From an uncultured Dehalococcoidales bacterium (GTDB taxonomy: Bacteria; Chloroflexota; Dehalococcoidia; GIF9; UBA5629): a stretch of 64,000 nucleotides of DNA. A program made the position numbers and the translations under genes. The stretch covers positions 70,428-134,427 of the forward strand of contig CAZSED010000001.1 in assembly GCA_964605885.1 (NCBI GenBank). The letters run 5' to 3'. Under the pieces are notes generated by a model, which had not been told where the DNA came from, did not search any database, and saw only the letters and a program-made list of their open reading frames with translations. Shown here one piece after another: positions 20,661 through 29,478 of this stretch. Each line of letters starts with the position of its first letter. Within the stretch, counting starts at the first letter, position 1.

Positions 20661-21962
20661 GTGCCTGTAAGCAATAGTGGGATGGAAAAATCATCCTCGG
20701 CGGATGTAACCAGCCTGGCGCACACCTTCCGGGCGCTGCGCTACAGGAACTACCGGCTCTATTTCATAGGGCAGGGTATCTCCCTGATCGGCACCTGGAT
20801 GCAGCAGGTAGCCACCAGCTGGCTGGTGTACAGCCTGACAAATTCTGCCTTCCTGCTGGGCGTGGTGGCCTTTTCCGGGCTTATCTGCACGTTTCTATTG
20901 ACTCCCTTTGCCGGGGTGCTGGTCGACCGGCTGAACCGCCACAGGATACTGGTCGTTACCCAGACGCTGGCTATGCTGCAGGCGCTGGCGCTGGCTGTCG
21001 TTGTATTCACAGGAGTGGCGGCTGTATGGAATATAGTGCTGCTGAGCATGACGCTGGGATTGATAAATGCCTTCGACATGCCTACCCGCCAGTCATTCGT
21101 GCTGGATATGATCGAGAACCGCGAGGACCTGAGCAATGCCATTGCCCTGAACTCTTCACTTTTTAACGGCGCCCGGCTGATCGGCCCGGCAGTGGCCGGC
21201 ATACTCGTGGCGGTCGTAGGCGAGGCCATGTGCTTTTTGATCAACGGCATCAGCTTTATCGCCGTCATCGCCTGCCTGCTGGCCATGAGCGTTCCTCCTC
21301 CCGAGATAAAGCCCGAGCACCCCGAGTTTTTCAAGGGCATGAAGGAGGGCGTAGCGTACGCATATGGCTTCCTCCCGATACGGTACATCATGCTGCTGCT
21401 GTCGCTGGTCAGCCTGGTGGCCATGCCCTACCCTGTGCTGATGCCAGTTTTTGCCAAGCAGGTACTGCAGGGCGGGCCCAATACCTTCGGCTACCTGGTG
21501 ACGGGAGCAGGCGTCGGTGCGCTTATCGGTGCTATCTACCTGGCCTCACGTAAAAATGTCCTCGGGCTGGGCAGGATCATTATCATCGCCGCCCTGATAT
21601 TTGGCGCCGGCCTGATACTGGTCTCATTCACCAGGGTGCTGTGGTTATCGTTGATCTTCATGGCCGTTACGGGCTTCGGCATGGTGGTGCAGCTGGCGTC
21701 CAGCAACACCGTTTTACAGACCATCGCCGATGATGACAAGCGCGGCCGCGTCATGAGCTTTTATGTGCTGTCGTTCATGGGCCTTTCACCTTTCGGCAGC
21801 CTGCTGGCAGGTGGGGTGGCCAACGTTGTCGGAGTCCCCCTGACTCTGCTGGGGGGCGGAGTCATTACGCTGGTGGCTGCCGTTGTGTTCGCCTGGAAAT
21901 ATTCGTCGGTCAAGGACATGGTGCATAAGGTCTATGTGGACAAAGGATTTGTTGCGAAATGA
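20661..21962 (+). CDS. MFS transporter
   Basis: 12-TM organisation with conserved MFS loop motifs. An ATG at 20682 is an alternative start. Confidence 0.8.
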   Translation: MPVSNSGMEKSSSADVTSLAHTFRALRYRNYRLYFIGQGISLIGTWMQQVATSWLVYSLTNSAFLLGVVAFSGLICTFLLTPFAGVLVDRLNRHRILVVTQTLAMLQALALAVVVFTGVAAVWNIVLLSMTLGLINAFDMPTRQSFVLDMIENREDLSNAIALNSSLFNGARLIGPAVAGILVAVVGEAMCFLINGISFIAVIACLLAMSVPPPEIKPEHPEFFKGMKEGVAYAYGFLPIRYIMLLLSLVSLVAMPYPVLMPVFAKQVLQGGPNTFGYLVTGAGVGALIGAIYLASRKNVLGLGRIIIIAALIFGAGLILVSFTRVLWLSLIFMAVTGFGMVVQLASSNTVLQTIADDDKRGRVMSFYVLSFMGLSPFGSLLAGGVANVVGVPLTLLGGGVITLVAAVVFAWKYSSVKDMVHKVYVDKGFVAK

Positions 21963-22064
21963 GTTTTTAGCCCTGGGCGGTTAACAATACAATAGACAAA
22001 AACTAACAAGACCAGGGCGGTTTTAACGCTGCCCTGGTCTTATAAATGTAAGCTTATAAAGTTA

Positions 22065-22205
22065 TTAGGCTTTGCCGATGCGGAACATCTTGGTGCCGCA
22101 TTTGGCGCAGACACCCTGGGTTGCCGGTTTGCCATTCTTCATTTTAATGGCCCTGGCGTTTTTAATTTCCCTCTTGGACCGGCATTTCATGCAATAAGCT
22201 TCCAT
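22065..22205 (-). CDS. DUF5679-like zinc-ribbon small protein
   Basis: MEAYCMKCRSKREIKN...GVCAKCGTKMFRIG. Strong RBS AGGAGGT 7 nt before the ATG at 22205. Confidence 0.55.
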   Translation of the reverse strand: MEAYCMKCRSKREIKNARAIKMKNGKPATQGVCAKCGTKMFRIGKA

Positions 22206-22410
22206 CAATAAACCTCCTATGTATTTGAGGTTTAGGATAGTCGATTGCTTGAAGCTTGTCAAGTATCATTTGTATACAAAATAGCTTCGGATTACCTGGT
22301 TTAGCCGTATCGAACGTAAAAAATACGGAAAGATACGTAAAATTTCATATATTCGAACTTCGTAAAAACAGGCTGCTTGCAGGCTTTGAGAATTTTCGTG
22401 CCGCAGCACT

Positions 22411-22439
22411 TTGCCAGCCAAGCTGGTTTTTCCTATAAT
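22411..22439 (+). promoter_or_regulatory. sigma-70-type promoter TTGCCA-17-TATAAT for the kinase/dCMP deaminase operon
   Basis: Near-consensus hexamers with 17-bp spacing, about 45 nt upstream of the TTG start at 22484. Confidence 0.5.
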
Positions 22440-22483
22440 TGGCTGTCGATCCAGCAATCAGTCTATAGCCGGTGTAAACAAAG

Positions 22484-23026
22484 TTGAAAGTCGTAGCTCT
22501 GGTAGGGATGCCCGGCTCCGGTAAATCGGAGGTCTCCCGGGTGTTTGAGTCACACCGCTATCGCCGCATAAGGTTCGGAGATATTACAGACAGGGAGGTT
22601 GCCAGGCGCGGACTCCCGCTAAGCGAGCAAAACGAGAAAATGGTGCGTGAGGATCTGCGGCGGCAATACGGCATGGCAGCCTACGCTGAGCTCAATCTCC
22701 CCGATATTGAACAGGCGCGAAAAAGCTCTAATGTGGTGCTGGATGGGCTTTATTCCTGGGAAGAATATAAGTGCCTGGCAGGCAAGCTTGGGGCCGACCT
22801 TAAACTGGTAGCGGTGTGGGCGCCGCCTGAGTTGAGGTACAGCAGGCTGGGTTCCAGGAAGGTACGGCCGTTGACGGCGGATGAAGCGCGTGCGCGCGAT
22901 CACGCCGAGATTGAAAACGTGAATAAAGGCGGTCCTATTGCCATGGCGGACTATACTATTAAGAATGACTCAACACTTGAATCGCTTGTCTCGCAGACAA
23001 ACTCCGTGATAGAGGCCATAAAATGA
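22484..23026 (+). CDS. P-loop nucleotide/nucleoside kinase-like protein (UPF0200 / dephospho-CoA-kinase-like)
   Basis: Walker A GMPGSGKS. Size and fold resemble adenylate or dephospho-CoA kinase. TTG start. Overlaps the next gene by 4 nt. Confidence 0.65.
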   Translation: MKVVALVGMPGSGKSEVSRVFESHRYRRIRFGDITDREVARRGLPLSEQNEKMVREDLRRQYGMAAYAELNLPDIEQARKSSNVVLDGLYSWEEYKCLAGKLGADLKLVAVWAPPELRYSRLGSRKVRPLTADEARARDHAEIENVNKGGPIAMADYTIKNDSTLESLVSQTNSVIEAIK

Positions 23027-23505
23027 AGAAGTCTGGCAGGCCCGGGCTGGATGAATATTTCCTGAAGATAGCCTCCGTTGTTGCCGAAAGGTCCACCTGC
23101 AAGCGGCACCATGTGGGTGCGGTGGCCGTGCGGGACAAGCATATACTGTCTACGGGCTATAACGGGGCGGCTGCCGGCGTGAGCGACTGCCTGGAGCTGG
23201 GTTGCCTGCGTGACGAGCTGAAGATACCTTCCGGAACACGCCATGAGATCTGCCGGGGCATACATGCGGAGCAGAATGCCATTATTCAGGCTTCACTACA
23301 CGGCGTCAGCCTTGAAGGCGCCACCCTGTACTGCACGCACACGCCCTGCATCCTGTGTGCCAAGATGCTGGCCAACGCCCGCATCAAACGCTTCGTCACC
23401 TTCGGCAAATATGCCGATGACTCTTTCCTGGAGCTGTTCAAGGAAACGGGAATTAAATTTGAAGTTAAACCCAGGCCGCGTTTAGAGATAACCAGGCTTG
23501 ATTGA
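23023..23505 (+). CDS. deoxycytidylate (dCMP) deaminase, ComEB/Dcd-like zinc deaminase
   Basis: HAEQNAI and [10 protein letters not shown] zinc-binding motifs. Confidence 0.85.
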   Translation: MKKSGRPGLDEYFLKIASVVAERSTCKRHHVGAVAVRDKHILSTGYNGAAAGVSDCLELGCLRDELKIPSGTRHEICRGIHAEQNAIIQASLHGVSLEGATLYCTHTPCILCAKMLANARIKRFVTFGKYADDSFLELFKETGIKFEVKPRPRLEITRLD

Positions 23506-23525
23506 TTTTGCGGCGGAGAAACGGG

Positions 23526-23732
23526 ATGAGAGAATGCAATATTGCTGCTAATAAATCACGCTGCAACTGTACTTATGAGCCCTGCCCGCGCAAGGGCATT
23601 TGCTGCGATTGCCTGCGATATCACCTGGAGTCGGATGAAATGCCCGCCTGTTTCTTTCCGCCTGAAGTAGAAAAGACCTACGACAGGTCCATCGAAAGAT
23701 TCATCTCCTGCCGCAAACCAGGCCGGCGTTGA
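23526..23732 (+). CDS. small cysteine-rich protein (DUF6485-like)
   Basis: CNCTYEPCPRKGICCDCLRYH cluster. Translationally coupled to the deaminase. The longer ORF starts at 23502. Confidence 0.45.
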   Translation: MRECNIAANKSRCNCTYEPCPRKGICCDCLRYHLESDEMPACFFPPEVEKTYDRSIERFISCRKPGRR

Positions 23733-23744
23733 GCCAGCGCAGCC

Positions 23745-24122
23745 CTACCTGGACCACCTGACCTGTTTTACCAGCAGCCAGACAACGATGGGGCCGGTTA
23801 TTACCAGCGCTATGCCGCTGATAGAGCCGGCAAAATCAGGATAGCGGCCCGTGACCAGCGTTAGAACGATATGCCCTGCACCGTTCAGCGCCATGAAGCC
23901 GCCGTATAACATTCCAGCATAATATGCCCATCTCCTGTCCATCAGGATGAAATAAAAGAACACGGCCGGTATGCACAGCAGCAGCCAGTTCACCAGCAGA
24001 AACCAGCCCAAACCAAGCGCGTGTGAAATCCAGAAGCCGCCCCAGGCCTCCTCGAACATGTGGGCCACCGTGAACATGAATAACAGCAGGTAGGCAAGGA
24101 TCAGTCTATTTCTTATTGACAT
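23745..24122 (-). CDS. HXXEE domain membrane protein
   Basis: AHMFEEA motif and four TM helices. Confidence 0.6.
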   Translation of the reverse strand: MSIRNRLILAYLLLFMFTVAHMFEEAWGGFWISHALGLGWFLLVNWLLLCIPAVFFYFILMDRRWAYYAGMLYGGFMALNGAGHIVLTLVTGRYPDFAGSISGIALVITGPIVVWLLVKQVRWSR

Positions 24123-24660
24123 CCAACCTCTCTCCGGCTTGCTTTAAGCTGTATCGACACCCGCAGTAGTTCTGGCGGTAAAGCCCCCACTGCTTTGAAT
24201 ATTCCATGGCGTGTTTGAAGCCGTCCTTCTTTTTGAAGTCCCTGGCCATGAACGCCTCAGCCCCGATCTCCCTGCCAATGGAATTTATATCCGCGGCGGA
24301 TTTGTGCGGGCTGACGCTTAGCGTGGAGGTAAAGAGTTGTGCGCCCTGCTCCTGCATAAAGCTGAAGGTCCTCTCCAGCCTGAGGCGGTAACAGGCCAGG
24401 CAGCGCTTTCCGCCCTCGGGCTCTTCTTCCAGGTCCGCTACTGCCGCATTCCACAGTTCCGGCTCGTAGGGCCCCTCAATGATGGAATAGCCGCACTGCC
24501 GGGCCGCCTCTTTGGCGGCGTCCAGCCTGCGGCGGTATTCGTCCTCGGGGTATATGTTGGGATTGTAAAAGTACCCGGTTACCCGGCAGCCCTCAGCCAG
24601 GAGCACATTTGCCACCCCCGCAGCACAGACTCCGCAGCAAACGTGCAATACTATGTCCAT
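24106..24660 (-). CDS. queH: epoxyqueuosine reductase QueH
   Basis: LHVCCGVCAAG N-terminal motif and C-terminal YCGCRYS, both typical of QueH (DUF208). Confidence 0.8.
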   Translation of the reverse strand: MDIVLHVCCGVCAAGVANVLLAEGCRVTGYFYNPNIYPEDEYRRRLDAAKEAARQCGYSIIEGPYEPELWNAAVADLEEEPEGGKRCLACYRLRLERTFSFMQEQGAQLFTSTLSVSPHKSAADINSIGREIGAEAFMARDFKKKDGFKHAMEYSKQWGLYRQNYCGCRYSLKQAGERLDVNKK

Positions 24661-24675
24661 TGCCTTGACCGGGAT

Positions 24676-25452
24676 TCAGGACTTCTGTTTCTTGACCTTC
24701 TCCAGGAAGCGACGCTCGACCCTTTTTACAAAATTGGGATCGGAAAACGCCAGGCTCTGCACCAGGCCGGCGCACTCCAGCCCGTCGTTGAGGCTCATGC
24801 TCGTGCTCATATCTATGTTACGCTTTGACAGGCCCACGCTCAGCAGCCCATTGGCCATGACCTCTTTGGCCCAGCTGACGCCCGTGCTTTCCAGTTCATT
24901 AATCTTGACGATGGCGTTGACCAGGCCCCATTTATTGGCTGTCCCGGCGTTGATCGTCTTGCCGGTAAGGATCAGTTCCTTGGCCCTGCCCAGGCCTACC
25001 ACCTTGGGCAGCCGCTGGCTGCCGCCGCCGTCTGGCACCATGCCCATATCGACCTCAGGAATATTGAACAGGGCTTCTTCGCTGCAGATGCGCAGGTCGC
25101 AGGCCAGCGCCAGCTCGCAGCCTGCGCCGAAGCAAAAGCCGTGTATCAGTGCAATTACAACTTTTTCCAGGTGCTCAACCTCGTTAAAGGCGCGCTGGTA
25201 AACCCTGACAAACTTACGCAGGTTCTCCATGCCTCCGCTCTGGAAGGAGTTGAGGTCCGTGCCGGCCGAAAACCCCTTGCCCTCACCGGACAGCAGCACA
25301 GCCTGCACGCTCGGCCGCGTGGCGACCTCCGTAAAACAGTCGGTTATATCCTTTATAACCTGCTGGTTGACGGCGTTTCTTTTCTCCGGCCTGTTCAATT
25401 TCACATGGAGTATCCCGTCTTTTTCGCTGTAAGAAAGCGTTTGAAACTGCAT
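24676..25452 (-). CDS. enoyl-CoA hydratase/isomerase family protein
   Basis: LNRPEKRNA and GEGKGFSAGTDL crotonase motifs. RBS AAGGAG before MQFQT. Confidence 0.85.
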   Translation of the reverse strand: MQFQTLSYSEKDGILHVKLNRPEKRNAVNQQVIKDITDCFTEVATRPSVQAVLLSGEGKGFSAGTDLNSFQSGGMENLRKFVRVYQRAFNEVEHLEKVVIALIHGFCFGAGCELALACDLRICSEEALFNIPEVDMGMVPDGGGSQRLPKVVGLGRAKELILTGKTINAGTANKWGLVNAIVKINELESTGVSWAKEVMANGLLSVGLSKRNIDMSTSMSLNDGLECAGLVQSLAFSDPNFVKRVERRFLEKVKKQKS

Positions 25453-25558
25453 TGACTTCTCCTTATCAATTATCGGGGTGTGCGGCACTATAAAATAACT
25501 GTCGTAGAGCCGGTCTGTCAAGCGTAGCGGGCCCGATATTATTTTTGCCGGAACCTGC

Positions 25559-26896
25559 TCAATCCGCCGGTTTTATCCCTGGCTTAGGAGGCGTGCAGGT
25601 GGAGATAAGCAGAGCTCCCACCAGCGCGCTGCAGCAGCCGATCAGGATGGCGGGGCCGTAGCTCCCGTTTACATCGAATATAAATCCCGCCACCGCAGGG
25701 GCGGCAAACTGAACTACCGAGTTTATGGGGTTGATGATCCTCATGATGCCGGGGAATGATTTCACTCCGAAGTAATTGCCGGTGATCAGCGGCATGCATA
25801 CGTAGGCCGTGCCGAAGCCGAAGCCGGTGAACAACGGGAAAAGATAAACAGCCCAGAGCATTTGATTTGAGGCGACCCAGAATAAGACGCCCCCTATCAG
25901 CAGTGAAGCGCCGGCAATAGATATTAAGAACCTTGACTCTATGCGTTCCCCCAGGAAGGAGACGCTGAGCCTCCCCAGTATGCTGAAGGCCAGGATAAGA
26001 CCGTACACAAATGCGGGCTGCAGGAACAGGAAGGGATCTGAAGGTGAAAAACCTCGGTCGCACAGGTGCGGGGGCGTCTGTGTCAGTACGACCTGCCAGA
26101 GGAAAAGGATGAGGGACTCAGCCGCCACAATTATCCACAGCGCACGCGTCCTTATAGCGTCTCGAAACTCCCAGTCGATTGGCGACCGGTACGTTTTGAT
26201 GAGCCTGTGTTTGGTGTGCTCTGCGGCCACTGCCAACTGCTGGGGTGACAGGCCGTCAGGATGCTGTCCTAAATCCTCGGGGCGGTCCTTAACAGTGAGC
26301 AGGGCTATTATGCCCCCTATAAAACAGGTGGCCGCTATGATATACCAGCCCACCCTCCAATCACCCCCGGCGCTGATAATGCTGTTGCTGATTATCTGCG
26401 GAAAGATGAAGCCTCCGATGGCGCCGCCTCCCAGCACCAGCCCCATCACCAGGGCCCGGTGCACGTTGAACCATAGCAGCACCAGCGTCTGTATGGGGAC
26501 CACTGTTCCGAAGGAGATTCCAAGTCCAACCAGTATGCACAGCAGCCAGTAAACAAGGGGATATGAATGGCCGAACAGCACCACGGTCAAATGTCCGAAA
26601 AGGGCCATTAGCAGCCCCGAGACTGCCGTTATGAAGGCGCCGATGACGAGCGTTTTCCTGGGACCGAAACGGTCTATCAGCCAGGGGATGAAAAGGGCCC
26701 CGATGCCCAACAGCATGCCGATGAACGAATATCCGACGTTGATTTGACCTCTTGGCAGGTTAAGGTCGGTCGCCATAAAGGTGTTGATGATAGGCGGGCC
26801 ATAGAAGGCAAAGCCTATGGGGATGGCATAGATCAGGCAAAGGAACGGTAGCAGAATCCAGCCATAGAATTTCTGCTTTTGCACGTCTGAGGTCAT
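25559..26896 (-). CDS. MFS transporter (oxalate/formate-antiporter-like)
   Basis: 12 TM helices. Start chosen at MTSDVQKQ. Confidence 0.75.
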   Translation of the reverse strand: MTSDVQKQKFYGWILLPFLCLIYAIPIGFAFYGPPIINTFMATDLNLPRGQINVGYSFIGMLLGIGALFIPWLIDRFGPRKTLVIGAFITAVSGLLMALFGHLTVVLFGHSYPLVYWLLCILVGLGISFGTVVPIQTLVLLWFNVHRALVMGLVLGGGAIGGFIFPQIISNSIISAGGDWRVGWYIIAATCFIGGIIALLTVKDRPEDLGQHPDGLSPQQLAVAAEHTKHRLIKTYRSPIDWEFRDAIRTRALWIIVAAESLILFLWQVVLTQTPPHLCDRGFSPSDPFLFLQPAFVYGLILAFSILGRLSVSFLGERIESRFLISIAGASLLIGGVLFWVASNQMLWAVYLFPLFTGFGFGTAYVCMPLITGNYFGVKSFPGIMRIINPINSVVQFAAPAVAGFIFDVNGSYGPAILIGCCSALVGALLISTCTPPKPGIKPAD

Positions 26897-27099
26897 CGAG
26901 GATTGCTCCCGTGGTCCGCCGCATGGGGCGGGTAGCCCGATATTATAACATCGCCTGCAGCGATTATATAATCCTGCCATGTTTACAAAACAGCAGTTGC
27001 GCTTTTGCGCAACTGCTTATTAAGCAAAATGGCGGATGGCGCTATATACGGCCGGTGTTAAATTATGCTAAAGGCAAAGAAGTACAGGAGGCAACTAAA

Positions 27100-27441
27100 A
27101 TGGCTAAGACATTAGAAACGATTGCGACCAAGTCAGAGCCCAAGGAAGAGCGCGGTTTCAATTTCTGGACCGACAAGGCCCCGTGCTGGGAGGTCTCTCA
27201 CTGCACCAATATGATCAAAGCGGAGTGCCCGGCCTTCAGGTATCAGTTCCTGCCGTGCTGGGAGATAGAAGGGACCTACTGCAAGCTGGACGACTACGGC
27301 AACGACGGCAAGGACACCGCCATCTGCGAAGTGTGCCGCGTGTACAAGGCATATGGTGAGGGAAAGCCCATCCAGTTAAAGCTGCAGGGCAGGGGGATCA
27401 ATACCTCGCTCAAGACACTGGAAGAGGTAGCTGTCAGCTAG
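27100..27441 (+). CDS. small cysteine-rich protein, paralog A (unknown family)
   Basis: RBS ACAGGAGG. Seven conserved Cys, FLPCWEIEGTYCKLDD core and ICEVCRVYK. The long N-terminal extension in the ORF track (from 26911) is rejected. Confidence 0.65.
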   Translation: MAKTLETIATKSEPKEERGFNFWTDKAPCWEVSHCTNMIKAECPAFRYQFLPCWEIEGTYCKLDDYGNDGKDTAICEVCRVYKAYGEGKPIQLKLQGRGINTSLKTLEEVAVS

Positions 27442-27468
27442 CCAGGTTGCACTCTCGATAAATATAAA

Positions 27469-27501
27469 TTCCCCCCTCGTAAAAGAGAGGGGAATTTTTT
27501 T
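27469..27501 (+). terminator. rho-independent terminator
   Basis: CCCCCCTC-GTAAAA-GAGAGGGG hairpin followed by TTTTTTT. Confidence 0.6.
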
Positions 27502-27643
27502 ATGCCTTTTTGCGGCGCCGGCCCAACAGTTGCGCAAAAGCGCAAGTCTAATTTAAGCCTTAATACGGATGGCGCTGTTTGGTACGGCTGGTAAATTGAG
27601 GCATAACAAAAAAACAACCTGACAGAACAAGGAGGTAAATCAA

Positions 27644-27985
27644 ATGGCCGAGACTAAAGTAAGGACTAAGAAAGCTGCCGAAGTTAAAGCAGATAGCGGT
27701 GTGAATTTCTGGGCTGACAAGGTGTCATGCTTTGAGCTGTGCAAGTGCCCGGATATGATTAAGATGGAATGCCCCGTGGAGAAATACCAGTTCCTGCCTT
27801 GCTGGGAGATCGAGGGCACCTACTGCAAGCTGGACGACAAGGGAGCCACCGGGCGTGATACCAGCATCTGCGAGACCTGCAGGGTCTATAAGAAGTATGG
27901 CAACGGCGAGCCCATCGTGCTCAAGCTCTTCGGCAAGGGTATCGATACCCACCTGAGGGAGCTCGACAAAGTCGACGTAAAATAG
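27644..27985 (+). CDS. small cysteine-rich protein, paralog B
   Basis: RBS AAGGAGG. About 60% identical to paralog A with the same Cys spacing. Confidence 0.7.
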   Translation: MAETKVRTKKAAEVKADSGVNFWADKVSCFELCKCPDMIKMECPVEKYQFLPCWEIEGTYCKLDDKGATGRDTSICETCRVYKKYGNGEPIVLKLFGKGIDTHLRELDKVDVK

Positions 27986-28005
27986 GTCTGATCAGGTAAA
28001 TGCAA

Positions 28006-28037
28006 GGGGCCGGCCCACCAGGGCCGGCCCCTTTATT
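28006..28037 (+). terminator. rho-independent terminator
   Basis: GGGGCCGGCCC-ACCA-GGGCCGGCCCC stem followed by TTTATT. Confidence 0.6.
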
Positions 28038-28051
28038 ATGTGCTGAACAAT

Positions 28052-28597
28052 CTATTCACGGCAGGCATTATCGGAGGGAGTGCGCAACGAGAGCGATTCC
28101 CTCAGCTGTTTCAAGTTGACTACATCGTCCCGGTTGTACCTTAGAAGCAGGCTTAGGGCCTCCAGGTCATTCAACCTGCGGTAGCGCCGCCACAGCCGCA
28201 CGGCATCCATCCCCGTCAGTCCCTCGGTCTCGCGGTCGATGCCCAGGTTGTGCAATACTGCTTTCAAGCCGCCTCTCAGGTTACAGCGCCAGCAGTCGAA
28301 CATCAGGTCCTGGTGCTTATGCATGCGGCTGAGGTCGGGGCCGAGGCAGTCACGAATGAAGGGCAGGTCGAAGCGCTCACCATTGTAAGTGAACAGGTTT
28401 TCCGTACCCTGCATTACCTCCAGCAGGTGGCCCGGGGTAAGGTTCTCATTGTAAAGCTGCACCAGCCGACCGTCGTTTTGGCCGCAGAAATAAATGCCTA
28501 CGACCGTGATGCTGTTGTACCAGGAGTATAGACCGGTTGTCTCAATATCAAGGTAAGCGTCAGTATATCCCAGCATGCTGCATTGATTATACTGCAA
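28052..28597 (-). CDS. RNase H-like 3'-5' exonuclease domain protein (YprB-like)
   Basis: DIETTGL acidic motif, then further Asp/His motifs of the DnaQ-like fold. Confidence 0.55.
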   Translation of the reverse strand: MQYNQCSMLGYTDAYLDIETTGLYSWYNSITVVGIYFCGQNDGRLVQLYNENLTPGHLLEVMQGTENLFTYNGERFDLPFIRDCLGPDLSRMHKHQDLMFDCWRCNLRGGLKAVLHNLGIDRETEGLTGMDAVRLWRRYRRLNDLEALSLLLRYNRDDVVNLKQLRESLSLRTPSDNACRE

Positions 28598-28626
28598 ATA
28601 TTGGGGTGAATAGGCCCGGCCCGGGA

Positions 28627-29478
28627 TCAGCCCGCTTCAGATTTCAGAGCGGCGTTGACCGCGCTCAGCTTGGCGCAGAACAGCAATACCCATCCTGCCA
28701 GATAGATGAACATGAGCAGGGCTATCACCGCTCCTATCGGCCCGTATACCAGGTTATAATGGCTGAAGTTCTTGATGTACCAGATAAAGACAAACCTGAC
28801 TATCTCGAATCCTATTGCGGCCAGCAGTGCTCCCAGCCAGATATCCTTCCATCTCGGCCGACGGCTGGGGATGGCTTTGTAGAGCAGGAGAATTATCAGA
28901 AAGGCCAGGATTGAGCTTAAGATGGTAAAAACTGTGGCGGAGGTGACCGTGCTGTTCAGGACCTGGAAGGTGTCGCTGTGAAAATTGTGGGTATGCAATA
29001 TCCTCACCCCGGTCGTCAACCAGACATAGACTATCAGCAGAACAAATGCCGAGACCATCATGGCCATATCGATGGCCTTGCCTTTTATATAGGAGACGGC
29101 CTTGACCGACCAGGCTTTATTCAGGGATTCCCGCAGCGCTGAAAAGAAGGCGGAGGCGCTCCATACCAGGCCCACCAGGGCTATTATGCCGGTGGCGGCC
29201 CTGGCTTCTACCACACCGTGCAGGGTATTGGCTATCATGTTGCGCGCTACCGGGAGCAGCGTGCCCAGCGCGGCTATCACCGCGTCCTCGAATTTTGGCG
29301 ATTCCATGACAAATCCCGCGATGGATATTATGGCCAGTGCGAAAGGGAAAAGGGAAAAAAGCAAATTATAAGAAACTGCAGCCGCCAGCAGGCTGCCGCT
29401 GTCGGCATTGAACTGGAAATATGTCTGCTTGAGGACCGTTATGACGCTGGGCTTCTTAGCCTGTTTCACATTTTCCAT
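28627..29478 (-). CDS. YihY/BrkB family membrane protein
   Basis: LLAAAVSYNLLFSLFPF motif and six TM helices. Confidence 0.8.
   Translation of the reverse strand: MENVKQAKKPSVITVLKQTYFQFNADSGSLLAAAVSYNLLFSLFPFALAIISIAGFVMESPKFEDAVIAALGTLLPVARNMIANTLHGVVEARAATGIIALVGLVWSASAFFSALRESLNKAWSVKAVSYIKGKAIDMAMMVSAFVLLIVYVWLTTGVRILHTHNFHSDTFQVLNSTVTSATVFTILSSILAFLIILLLYKAIPSRRPRWKDIWLGALLAAIGFEIVRFVFIWYIKNFSHYNLVYGPIGAVIALLMFIYLAGWVLLFCAKLSAVNAALKSEAG

Noticed and set aside
26911-27099. N-terminal extension of the Cys-rich paralog A ORF (176-aa version)
   Set aside because: The extension overlaps the MFS gene start region and lacks an RBS. The homologous paralog B and a strong SD support the start at 27100.
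27000-27100. Sigma-54 (-24/-12) interpretation of the conserved GGATGGCGCT element upstream of the Cys-rich paralogs
   Set aside because: TGGCGC does not align with a GC at -12 with the required spacing. An extended -10 TGnTAAATT fits better.
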